Shown one piece after another: positions 20,420 through 30,900 of a stretch of 64,000 nucleotides of DNA. Made by a program: the position numbers and the translations under genes. Every line of letters starts with the position of its first letter. The first letter of the stretch is position 1. The notes under the pieces were generated by a model. That model was given only the letters and a program-made list of their open reading frames with translations, was not told the DNA's origin and did not search any database. Source of the DNA: an uncultured virus (IMG/VR IMGVR_UViG_3300036766_000780) (taxonomy: Duplodnaviria; Heunggongvirae; Uroviricota; Caudoviricetes); the IMG/VR virus record IMGVR_UViG_3300036766_000780; one strand, 5' to 3'.

Positions 20420-21079
20420 ATGAGTGAAGAAAACAATAAGACCCTAGGATTTCATGAATTTGAAGTAAAATTCAGAGTCGAAGGAGATTTAGTATATGAA
20501 TTTAAAAAACTTGTAGGTAATCTTCAAGATCTTAAAGATTTCATATATATAGAATCTGACGATGTTTATTATATTAAAGATGAAGATTTTTTAAGACATC
20601 GTTTTTCTAATTCTAAGAAAGATAAGAGAAGTGAACTTACCTTTAAAAAGAAGTTGAATGATGGCAATAACATAAAGAGAATAGAGTATAATGTAAGGGT
20701 AGATAATAATAGTGTAGAGAATATTGCAGGATTTGTTGAGGCTTTAGGGTTTAAAAGAGGCTTTAGAATAGGGAAATTAGTGCATATTTACCGATTTAAA
20801 GACGCTACATTACCATTTTATACAGTTATAGATGAATTAGGTAAGATAGCCCATTTTATTGAAATAGAAGTAGACGAGGAATCTCTACATGATATGACTG
20901 AAGAACAGGCTTGGGCTGTTATACAGAAATATGAAGCCATATTGGCTCCGTTAGGGATAACTCCTCAGAAGAGACTTAGGAAGAGTTTATTTGAAATGTA
21001 TAGGAATAAAAATGATAAGAAAGATAATGCGATTGTTGAAGATAAGCAATCTGTTACATTACTTAGCGAAAAAGTCTAA
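20420..21079 (+). CDS. CYTH-domain triphosphate tunnel metalloenzyme (class IV adenylate cyclase-like)
   Basis: EFEVKFR (ExExK), DVYY, LRHR, FIEIEV. Confidence 0.85.
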   Translation: MSEENNKTLGFHEFEVKFRVEGDLVYEFKKLVGNLQDLKDFIYIESDDVYYIKDEDFLRHRFSNSKKDKRSELTFKKKLNDGNNIKRIEYNVRVDNNSVENIAGFVEALGFKRGFRIGKLVHIYRFKDATLPFYTVIDELGKIAHFIEIEVDEESLHDMTEEQAWAVIQKYEAILAPLGITPQKRLRKSLFEMYRNKNDKKDNAIVEDKQSVTLLSEKV

Positions 21080-21458
21080 AAGACATTTTTTTGTTGAAGA
21101 TGGTCCTTCAGCTCATTTCGATGTTGACGATACGCTTGTTTGTTGGTACGATATCCCAGAAGATTGTCCTGAAGATGAAATTGTTAATGTGACTTATAGA
21201 AATTTAACAGATAGATTGAGGATAAATAAATATAATGTAAATCTTTTAAAAAAACTTTCTATACGACATCACAAGATATGCGTGTGGTCGAAAGGCGGAA
21301 GTGGTTGGTCGAGGGCTGTTGTTAGGGCATTGAATCTAGAAGATTATGTAGATGTTATTATGTCAAAGCCAACTTACTATGTAGATGATTTAAAAGATCC
21401 TAAAGAATGGATAGGAAAATATCAGTATTATGACATAAATGGTAAAAGACATATTTAA
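20991..21458 (+). CDS. HAD-family phosphatase
   Basis: FDVDDTL, WSKGG, KP..YVDD; start uncertain. Confidence 0.8.
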   Translation: MKCIGIKMIRKIMRLLKISNLLHYLAKKSKRHFFVEDGPSAHFDVDDTLVCWYDIPEDCPEDEIVNVTYRNLTDRLRINKYNVNLLKKLSIRHHKICVWSKGGSGWSRAVVRALNLEDYVDVIMSKPTYYVDDLKDPKEWIGKYQYYDINGKRHI

Positions 21459-21509
21459 TTATCCGCCATTTGAATTTTACAAACTTTATTGGCACAAAAC
21501 GGAGGTTAT

Positions 21510-22175
21510 ATGAAAATTGTTATTGGACTTGTAGGTGTTAAGACTAGTGGAAAATCAACCGTAGCTAGGATGATCAATGAATTTTTTGCTAATGTACGTG
21601 AAGCGGCTATAGCGGATAAACTTAAGAATGTATCTGCTGATGTTTTTGGTCTTAATAGAGAACAGTTTGATAGGCAGGATCTTAAGGAAATTCCTTTTGA
21701 GACTCCTATTGTTTTAACTCAAAAATACATTAGACTTGTATTGAGTGGATTTAATATTGATTATTCTAATGAGCTTCAGGATAAACTACATAAACTAGAA
21801 GGTTTAGAGTTAACTAGTCCTAGACATATTGCTCAAATTGTTGGAACGGAAATTTTACGATCTTCGGGCGACGCCGATATCCATCTTAAAAATACTCCAT
21901 TAAAAGATGGAATAAACGTAGTTTCCGATATTAGATTTAAGAATGAACTGGAATATTTTACTAAATTAGAAGGTGTTAAGTTCTTACCTCTTTATATTAG
22001 CAGACAAGTAGCTGAAGATAAGATTACGCCTAATTCTCACGTTTCTGAAACAGAACTCTTTACTTTTAAGGATTCTTGTACTAGAATTGATAATAACGGT
22101 AGTTTTTTAGATACAGAAAGACAAGTTAAAACTGCTATAGATAAATTTTTACTAGGGGTGAATAATGGACGATAA
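21510..22175 (+). CDS. deoxynucleoside monophosphate kinase
   Basis: GLVGVKTSGKST, ADKLK, R..AQ.VGTE..R, SDIRF.NE, H.SE. Confidence 0.85.
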   Translation: MKIVIGLVGVKTSGKSTVARMINEFFANVREAAIADKLKNVSADVFGLNREQFDRQDLKEIPFETPIVLTQKYIRLVLSGFNIDYSNELQDKLHKLEGLELTSPRHIAQIVGTEILRSSGDADIHLKNTPLKDGINVVSDIRFKNELEYFTKLEGVKFLPLYISRQVAEDKITPNSHVSETELFTFKDSCTRIDNNGSFLDTERQVKTAIDKFLLGVNNGR

Positions 22176-22373
22176 GGGTAACTTGTATGAATTTTTACAA
22201 GAAGTTGATAAAAAAGTTAAGGTTAAAAATTTAGATACCGGAGAAGAAAAGATTTTTCCTAAACACACCTTAGATAAAATGGCTCAGTTAGATGAGAAAT
22301 TAGCTGAAGTAGCTAAAAAGATGAGTAGAAACGAACGTAGACAATTGTTTAAAAAATTGAAGGAGAATAAATA

Positions 22374-22817
22374 ATGGATTCAAAAACTTATCAAAATTTA
22401 GCACCTAGAACTAATAATCCAGATATTAGAAAAATAGCAGAAAGACTTTTAGGTACTGATGAGAGCCATATACCTCATGACGGTGCATTGGAAGTTATAA
22501 CATCAGAGAAAGATGCTAAGAAAAAAATTGATCTACTCCATGCTGCTATGGGGTTAGTGACTGAATCTGGTGAATTCATGGATATGCTTAAGAAACATTT
22601 ATTTTATGGAAAACCACTAGATGAAGTAAATCTTCTTGAGGAAATCGGAGATGCAAGTTGGTATTTAGCAATAGCTTTAAATGCATTGGGATCTTCTTTT
22701 GAAGAAGTTATGGCTAGAAATATTGAAAAACTTCAAGCTAGATATCCAGATAAATTTACGGAACAGGCTGCTTTAGTTAGAAATTTAGATAAAGAACGAG
22801 AAATTCTCGAAAAGTAA
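22374..22817 (+). CDS. MazG-like nucleoside triphosphate pyrophosphohydrolase
   Basis: GLVTESGEFMD..KK...EEIGD..WY...N..KL..RYP. Confidence 0.85.
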   Translation: MDSKTYQNLAPRTNNPDIRKIAERLLGTDESHIPHDGALEVITSEKDAKKKIDLLHAAMGLVTESGEFMDMLKKHLFYGKPLDEVNLLEEIGDASWYLAIALNALGSSFEEVMARNIEKLQARYPDKFTEQAALVRNLDKEREILEK

Positions 22818-22823
22818 TCTTTA
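22816..22823 (+). promoter_or_regulatory. candidate late-promoter motif AATCTTTA
   Basis: same 8-mer precedes three structural operon starts (22816, 25315, 37610). Confidence 0.4.
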
Positions 22824-22827
22824 ATAT

Positions 22828-24129
22828 ATGCCGTTTACACAAGACGAAAGAATTGCATTATCTAAAAGGATCACAAAGATACCTACGGATATCGCTACAG
22901 CTAACGTAGTAAAAGATCAGCTTCAAGTTGAGAAAAATAAAGCTCAAAATCTTGATAATGCTCACTCCAGTTTAATATCTGATCTAAACTTTTATGTTCA
23001 CGGCTATGGTGATGAATATTCTTTTATAGATGGGAATCAAAGAAGGCACGTACTAGAACAGGATCAGATTGATGCCGTTAAGAAAGTTTTTAAAAATGGA
23101 TTTTTCCCTAATGATCCCCTAGTAGCTCCTCCCGGGGTTCCAGATGGAGTTTGGAAGTTTTTTCCTCCATATAACGGAGCTTATGCCATAGGGAAAAAAT
23201 ACGACGGAACTTATACTATAATAGACGGAGAACAGCCTCTTTACGCTTCAATAGCAAGCACTATAGCTACTATTGAAACTCATACTGACATTAATAGAGT
23301 AACTGGTCAGGTTTGTGCGTCGAATATTATATCTACTGATTCTGTTATCCACGGACTTCTTGATGATCTTAAGGATTTGGTTCAAAGATACGAAGATACA
23401 CTTAATTCAGAATATTCAGCGATAATAACAGATCCAGATTCTGGAAGAAATACACAGAACTTGGCAGCAAAAAATGATATAACGGTCAATATTTTACCAG
23501 CAATCAATACCTGGCAAGCCTATGTGGATTTTAATACAGCACACGGAGAGGTTACTTGTGTTGGTTTTAATGGTCACGATCCAAACTCTTTGGGGTCTAC
23601 AAAACTCCGTGAGACGGAATTAGATGCCTTAAAAGCCGCTTTATTAGCTAGACAGACCTTTTTATCTGTAACTAGGGTGCCTCAGTTAATCGTTAATTTG
23701 GGAACTCCAGGACAGAACTTAACTACTGGAGAGTTAGACGGAAGTGGATCTGGTTTCTTTGACAATAGGTTTAAGATATTCGATCTAAGATTAAACGTCA
23801 TAGGCGGAAGTTTATCCAAAGTCATAGGGTTACAAGCCGGAATAGATACTCAAGATCAATTAATAGCAAATAGTGCGGCTGCACAAAACACTTATTCTAC
23901 AATTATGTTAGCTGTAAGGTTTCGCTCTCCTTCGGTAGGAGTAAACATAGTGCATATTCTAGACTCTACTGGATTTTCTGTATCTGATGCTGTTTATATA
24001 GTTGCCGACGACCAGAGTGAAATACTAACCGTCATTACTGCTATTTCTGGAAATACAGTGACGTTGACAAACAATATACCGCAAAAATATACAAAAGAAA
24101 ATTTTAGTAGAATCTATAAGGTCTTATAA
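22828..24129 (+). CDS. putative virion structural protein
   Basis: composition and position at the start of the structural block. Confidence 0.55.
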   Translation: MPFTQDERIALSKRITKIPTDIATANVVKDQLQVEKNKAQNLDNAHSSLISDLNFYVHGYGDEYSFIDGNQRRHVLEQDQIDAVKKVFKNGFFPNDPLVAPPGVPDGVWKFFPPYNGAYAIGKKYDGTYTIIDGEQPLYASIASTIATIETHTDINRVTGQVCASNIISTDSVIHGLLDDLKDLVQRYEDTLNSEYSAIITDPDSGRNTQNLAAKNDITVNILPAINTWQAYVDFNTAHGEVTCVGFNGHDPNSLGSTKLRETELDALKAALLARQTFLSVTRVPQLIVNLGTPGQNLTTGELDGSGSGFFDNRFKIFDLRLNVIGGSLSKVIGLQAGIDTQDQLIANSAAAQNTYSTIMLAVRFRSPSVGVNIVHILDSTGFSVSDAVYIVADDQSEILTVITAISGNTVTLTNNIPQKYTKENFSRIYKVL

Positions 24130-24722
24130 CAAGAATCTGCTTTATTTGGAATTAATGTAAAAGGCGACGGCTTAAGGTAATCTTCATTAAATAACTCGGT
24201 TTCATAATACCTCCAATGTTTTTCTAGACAGTAGAGAGAAGGAGCTGACGGATGCATTAAAGATGACGGACAAAGATCGTCTAAGTATCCTTTATTTTTT
24301 CTCAATCCTAATTTAAACATTAAATTTTCAAAGAAAGATATAAATCCCGTAATTTCTCTGTTAGGCGAAGTGTGTTCTCTATTTAAGATACAATGTGCCA
24401 GTTCATGTTGTATTAATTCAGCACGAATCATATAGACATTATTTTGCTCCCAATATTTTCGATCAATTGTTATTCTTTTATAGATGCCATTAGTGTTACA
24501 TCGTCCTATTATTTGACTATTTTCATCAAAATTGCCGAATTTAATAGAAACTGATCCAAAATCTTCTGGCTTAACCTTCCCTTCAGAAAGATATATAAAT
24601 TCTTCTACGTAGGGTTCAAAATCTTTTTCTATTTTCGGTAGTGAATTATCAAATTTTTTAGTTGATGTACAGGAAGATATTATCAATATTAATAGACTAT
24701 TCCTTAGTATTTTTTTTATCAT
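24114..24722 (-). CDS. zincin metallopeptidase lipoprotein
   Basis: ISSC lipobox; HELAHCILNREH; CPSSLMHP; resembles 279..713. Confidence 0.75.
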   Translation of the reverse strand: MIKKILRNSLLILIISSCTSTKKFDNSLPKIEKDFEPYVEEFIYLSEGKVKPEDFGSVSIKFGNFDENSQIIGRCNTNGIYKRITIDRKYWEQNNVYMIRAELIQHELAHCILNREHTSPNREITGFISFFENLMFKLGLRKNKGYLDDLCPSSLMHPSAPSLYCLEKHWRYYETELFNEDYLKPSPFTLIPNKADSCYKTL

Positions 24723-25047
24723 ATTTTTGTAACTTAGTTCTTTTTTTGCAATTTTGACAAAATCTATAATAAAACTCTCCATCTCTTCTATGTAAGATCG
24801 TGAGTTTTAATACGTCTTTCTTACAATCCCAGCATAACCATTTGTTTTTATCCAAACCGTCGGTTTTTTCAATTTTTATATCTTCTTCGTATTGTTTTTG
24901 AACTAATTCTTTTAGGTTTTCGTATCTATCTATATCTAGTCTACTTATTTGCTTTCTTAATGCGGCTAATTCTCTTTTAAGTCTCTTATTCTCTTCTTTG
25001 GTTTTCTGTAACAGATCAAATTCTCTATCGCAGTATTTTCTAGTCAT
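24697..25047 (-). CDS. coiled-coil and zinc-ribbon protein
   Basis: CWDC...CQNC. Confidence 0.6.
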   Translation of the reverse strand: MTRKYCDREFDLLQKTKEENKRLKRELAALRKQISRLDIDRYENLKELVQKQYEEDIKIEKTDGLDKNKWLCWDCKKDVLKLTILHRRDGEFYYRFCQNCKKRTKLQKYDKKNTKE

Positions 25048-25378
25048 TTTTATCCTTTATTCATGAAAGTTTATAACTTTATCCTTAATCCCCCCTCTTA
25101 TTAGTCTAATATTTTTCCTACGTTTTATGTGTTTCCATGCTTTGTATTTTTTAATAGATAGGGTTATTAATACGCCTAAAACTATTATTTGGATCGAACA
25201 TATGAAAATTAAGGTAGAATTCATGAACCGTCTTTGGTAAAATTTGTAGATTTATTTAATAATTTCAAGTATTTAGACATTTAATATTCTTATTTAAAGA
25301 TTGTTATAAATTGCAATCTTTATTAATAGTACCACATAATCCATTCTTTTAGTAAAAATCCAAGGAAATTAAGTAGTT

Positions 25379-27928
25379 ATGCCAGTCAATAGAAATATTA
25401 CGCCAGACGAACGTGCCCTTGGAGCAGGAGTTGGAGATATTGCCGTAGCTCTAGGTTTATCAAGAACTCCTCAAAATTTCGATGTATTTCCTTGGTCCAT
25501 GGACCCGAGAGGAGAGGCTTTTTTTGCTCCATTAAAAATAGATTGGAAAAGATGGGATAAATTCTATCCATATAGATTATTGGTTATAGATATAAGAACT
25601 AAAAAAACTATAGTTAAAAGCGGTCAGGCTAGAGAATCTGTAAGTACTTTATTATCTTCAGATATCCCTGGAGGCTTTGAATACGTTTTAACCCAAGAAA
25701 TTTTAAATAATAGTTGGGAATTAAACCTTCCTATAACTCCACAACAATTAAGAGTTGCAGATTCATTTGCTATAAACACTTCAGCTACTGCTAGAGGAGT
25801 GATAGAAGAACACGGCGGAGTTAGATTCAAGAATATAATGGCTTCGGGTACTTGTGGTATATGGGCAAGGAGAGATACTAGGGCGGTGACGCCAATTCAG
25901 TCTACTTCGTTAGAATCAATATTTTCCGGTACAATAGATAATTTAAAAAATTTAAAAAAGATAGGAACTCAGCTTTTTTCAAAAGGTGGATATCCTGCTT
26001 CAACGTCTCCGGCGGTTAAACCAGAAAAAAGCAGTGGTGGAGAATTTTCTACTGGTTATTTTCAAGCCCTTTATTTAGGTCAATTTTTAGAAAGATATGC
26101 ACAAGAAAAGAAAAAACCAGAAAATAGGCACTGGAGACTCGTTTTCCATATGCCTAAAAATAACGATGCTTATATAGTAACTCCTGTATCATTTGTAGGA
26201 GATAGAAATGCCAATAGACCTCAAGAATATATGTGGTCTATGCAACTTAAAGCCTGGAAAAGAATAGAATTAGATTCTCCAGCTCCTATACAAGGAACTA
26301 TTCCTACTTTAGATGCGAATACATTTCAAAGAGTATTAAATACTATAAGTGGAACTAGAAGTTTACTGGCTAGTGCTACTAATACCGTAAAAGCCATTAG
26401 AAGTGATTTTGCTAGAACTTTTAATGTACTAAGACAAACTGCGTTAGCCGTTAAAGATACTGCTGGATTTATTAGAACAGTAGCGGATCTACCTAGTCAA
26501 GTCATAAGTGATGCTAAAAGTTCTATAGAAGATGCTCTGTCTATAACTAACAGTTCTTTTAAAAAAGATCTATTTAGTGAGGGGTTAAGCTCAAACGCAG
26601 TAGCAGCCGGAGCATTAGGCTTAGGAGCTATACAATTACAACAATTAAGTGCTAATAATTCAATATTTGAGAATCCAGAAGAAAATTTTGATCTTTTAGA
26701 TACCGTTCCCGTTGATAGCCTAGCTTTAACACCAGAACAATTAAATGCAATAGACGATGAGCAAGAAAGTATATCTCTACTTACAACAGATGATTTTGTT
26801 CAATTTAGAAGTGAATTATTGAGTTTGGCTTTAGATATAAGTAATAATTTTGGTGCCGGAAGTGAACAATATTCTCAAACCTATGGTAGACCTGTTCCTA
26901 AAACTAGAGTTACACCTATAACCTTGGAAGAAAATGATATATTAATTTCTCTTTATGAGACGATACAGGCTTACGATCTTTTGACTGTTAAAAAGACATT
27001 TGATGATTTTAAATCAGTTAATAGTTTAGATTACGTTGGCGGATTAGCTGATCAATCAGGTATATCTTTTGATATCGCTACTTCAAAATTTATGGTTCCT
27101 GTTCCTTTTGGATTAACCATAGAAGAATTAGCGGCTAGATATTTGAGTGATTCTAATAAATGGGTAGAAATAGTGACAATAAATAATCTTAAACCTCCGT
27201 ATATAGATGAAATTGGTTTTTTTTATGATATGATTTCTAATGCAGAGGGTAGGCAGTTAAATGTTGACGATAATCAAGGAAAGCTTTATGTTGGTCAAAA
27301 AATAATCATATCAAGCGATACAGTTCCTGCTTTTACTAGAAAGATAATTTCTATAGAGAAAATTGATGATGATAATTTTCTTATAAACGTTGATGGTTTA
27401 GCTAATTTAGATAATTTAACTATAGTTGATAATGCAAAAATACACGCTTATTTACCGGGAACGGTTAATAGCCAGAATCAAATATATATACCTATTAACG
27501 TCCCATCTCAAGCCGACGACAGGATAAGAACACCTAGCCATCTTGACGAAGACGCTTTGACTAGAATTTCTGGAATAGATTTTCTATTGACCGATGACGG
27601 AGATATTGCTATTAATTCAGTTGGTGATTTTAGATTAGCAAACGGATTAACTAATTTAGTACAAGCGTTGAAATTAAAAATTAAAACCAAAAAAGGTACG
27701 TTGTTAAGACATTTAGATTTTGGATTAGGGATTAGTCCTGGGATTTCTGCTGCTGATATAAATAGCGGAACACTGTTTTTAGAAATGAATAAAATAATAC
27801 AAGATGATTCTAGGTTTTCTGGAATTGACAGATTAACAATAAAAATGAATGGACCTATTATGCTCATAGATATGGCTGTAAAGATATCTAATGGGTCTGG
27901 GATAGTTCCTATAACGTTTGAAGTTTAA
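25379..27928 (+). CDS. putative baseplate/tail protein (C-terminal gp25-like, internal LysM-like segment)
   Basis: TIEELAARYL...WVEIVTINNL; GLTNLVQAL...KGTLLRHLDFG. Confidence 0.6.
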   Translation: MPVNRNITPDERALGAGVGDIAVALGLSRTPQNFDVFPWSMDPRGEAFFAPLKIDWKRWDKFYPYRLLVIDIRTKKTIVKSGQARESVSTLLSSDIPGGFEYVLTQEILNNSWELNLPITPQQLRVADSFAINTSATARGVIEEHGGVRFKNIMASGTCGIWARRDTRAVTPIQSTSLESIFSGTIDNLKNLKKIGTQLFSKGGYPASTSPAVKPEKSSGGEFSTGYFQALYLGQFLERYAQEKKKPENRHWRLVFHMPKNNDAYIVTPVSFVGDRNANRPQEYMWSMQLKAWKRIELDSPAPIQGTIPTLDANTFQRVLNTISGTRSLLASATNTVKAIRSDFARTFNVLRQTALAVKDTAGFIRTVADLPSQVISDAKSSIEDALSITNSSFKKDLFSEGLSSNAVAAGALGLGAIQLQQLSANNSIFENPEENFDLLDTVPVDSLALTPEQLNAIDDEQESISLLTTDDFVQFRSELLSLALDISNNFGAGSEQYSQTYGRPVPKTRVTPITLEENDILISLYETIQAYDLLTVKKTFDDFKSVNSLDYVGGLADQSGISFDIATSKFMVPVPFGLTIEELAARYLSDSNKWVEIVTINNLKPPYIDEIGFFYDMISNAEGRQLNVDDNQGKLYVGQKIIISSDTVPAFTRKIISIEKIDDDNFLINVDGLANLDNLTIVDNAKIHAYLPGTVNSQNQIYIPINVPSQADDRIRTPSHLDEDALTRISGIDFLLTDDGDIAINSVGDFRLANGLTNLVQALKLKIKTKKGTLLRHLDFGLGISPGISAADINSGTLFLEMNKIIQDDSRFSGIDRLTIKMNGPIMLIDMAVKISNGSGIVPITFEV

Positions 27929-27940
27929 AAGAGGAAGATT

Positions 27941-30900
27941 ATGGCAAGTCCAATAGTTAAAAGTTATGAGAATATTTTAGGCGATCTCATCTCTACTTAC
28001 ATATCTAAAGTTAAAGTAAACGACCTTAATACGGGTTCTGCTGTTCTCTCATTTTTTGAAGCGATTTCTCAACAAATATATTTAGCTAACGCAAGTAATT
28101 TTTCCATATTAAGAGACTTTAATATTGATAGAGCTACTGGAGAAGTGCTGAAAAAAATAGCTAAGGAAGAAAACGTAAAAACAGAAGAAGCCAGAGTTAC
28201 TACTGGCAAGGTAACGGTTAGAGATTCTTCTTTTGATAAAATATCTACAAAAATATATGCAGGAGCAAATCCACCCAACGTTGGGTCAACGGTTATAAAA
28301 GTTTCAGACGCTTCAGATTTTTCTAGTTCTGGTAATTTATACATAGGTAGAGGAACTCCTAACGTAGAAGGACCCTTGCCGTTTTCTGGAATTGTTCAAA
28401 CTGGTGGTTTTTGGGAAATTACATTAACTTCTCCTACAGCTAAATTTCATAATCTTTCCGAATCCGTAATTCTAGCTCAAGGTGGAGTTAGAACTATATC
28501 TGTTGGATCTGTCGTTAGATCTCCGGCTTCTGGTAACGAGGCTGATATAAATTTTACAGTAACTCAATCCGCCACCATATTAGACGGTGAAAATCAAATA
28601 ACAAACGTTCCTGTAGCCGCTCAACAACCTGGAAGTGACGGAAATGTTTCTAAGGGAGCTATAAAAGAATTTGTTTCAAATCCTTTTTCTGGATCAACTG
28701 TTACAAACGATAGTCCTTTTGTTTCCGGTAAAGATGCAGATACAGATGACGATATTAGAAATAAAATTAAAAGATCTAGAATTTCTAAAGGATTAGGAAC
28801 TGTTTTGGCTATTAAAAATGCTACATTAGGAGCTAGAGCTAACGATGAAAACTCAATAGTAACATCTAATGAAATATTTTCTGACGATACTGAAACTATT
28901 TTGTATGTAGACGATGGCACTGGTTACGAGGAAAAGACAAATGGAATCGGACTTGAACCTATAGTTGATTCCGCATTAGGCGGAGAAACTCATTTTCAAT
29001 TAGCTACGGCTGGAACTCAAACATCTATAGCCAAAGCTTTTCTAGATTCCTCCCTATCTTCTCCTTTTGATATTTCTCCCAATGATAAGCTAGCAATACT
29101 AGTGGGTGGAATCTTAAGTGAACATACTTTTAATGACGGAGATTTTAGATCTAATGGATTTGCTACCGCTTACGAAGTAGTTTCATCTATAAACTCAAAC
29201 TCTGACTTGGATTTCTCAGCAAGAACGATTGGAAGCGGAACTAAAGTAGTTGTAGAAGCAAAAGCTGAAGATAATGAATATTTGCAAATAACAACACCGA
29301 CTTCTGGTAATGATGCTGCCACAGCGTTAGGATTAACATCGAATGAAGTTCAAACTCTTTTGCTATATAAAAATAAACAAATTTTAAGTAAAAACGGCAG
29401 ATTTTCTAGGGTTGAATCAGAAGATCAGGCGGATTGGTCTAACACTATAGCTACGGGCGATACTTTAAAAATAGCCGTAGACGGAACATCTCAAATAACG
29501 TACACATTTCTTGACGCAGATTTTATAGCCGAAGGAACATATACTACTGTTTCTAAAAATAATAGCTTAGCTTCTTGGATTAGTGTAATAAATACAAAAA
29601 TAGTAGGCGTTACTGCTACTATTAATGGTAATAGGCTTGTTCTAACTTCAAACCTAGGAACTAACTCTAGAGCTATGATAGAAGTAGACAATACCTCTAC
29701 TTTAGTAACTAAGGGTATGTTTGGGTCTGATATAGGATTATCATCTACGGGAGCTGGTGCAGATTACAATTTATCGAGAAACACAGCTCAAATAAAATTA
29801 TTGAATCCGTTAGAACCGGGAGATGTTTTAAGCGCAGGTAATGAATTTACTAAAGGGTTCGTAGAAAGTGGTAGAATTTTAGGAGGAAGTGTAACTCTTT
29901 CCACAGATGCTTTAATGTGGTTATTAATTGACAATAAAGATGCAGAAATAATCAATACGGGGATAGTTGCTAATACTTTTATTACTGTGACGAAACCTTC
30001 GGCAAATATAGTTAGATACACCTCTAGCGATACTTCTGCTTTAACAAACGTAGAAGTTGGCGATTACGTAATTGTATGGTCTGAAGAATTAAGTTCGGGT
30101 AATAGATTAGAAGGTAGGATTAACGCAGTTACGGCTAGTTCTTTTGATTTAAAAGTCACTCCTTCAGAATACGCATCGGCAGTTGCAGAGAGTTTAATTC
30201 TATTCATAGAAGGTATGAAGTTTATAAGAACAGATCGTACTCCACAAAAATTAAGAATTATAGCTGGAGCTTACAACATAAATACCATTTCAGATCAAAT
30301 AGAGACGGATATTTATGGAGTTACTTCGTCCACAAAAGACGATGAGATAATATTAGTAACTACAAAATCTAATGATTTAGACGGGTTCGTATTAGTAGTT
30401 ACTCTGAACGATTCAGCCAAATCTTTGAGTTTTACAGAAGGACAGTTTGGCGAATCAACAGATTCTCAAATAGCTTTTTATGAAAGTCAAAACAAATATA
30501 ATGATTTTCCATTATTTTTACACTCATCCATATCTGATAATCAATTTGCAGATCCTTTATCTAGTTTTATTGCTAGTTTTGATTCCAGTGTTAATTTAGA
30601 TACGGCTGATATCGAACCAAACGTTTTAACTTGTTTTTTAAGTCCATATTTAACTTCTGGATCTAATATAAAAGATGCACAGCCAGAAAAAGAATGTGTT
30701 CAAATTGATTCTTTGTCCGGTGTTACGGTAAGTATAGATGAATCTGGAACAGTTAGAAGATTGAGAGCAAGCGATAGATATTATTTAGCCAGCCCTTTTG
30801 ATTTTAGCTATAATGATTCTCTAGTTATAGTTTTGGACGAAGATCCTTCTAATAAAACCTTTCCTGTTCCTCTTTACAGAAGAGCGATAGCCAATACTAC

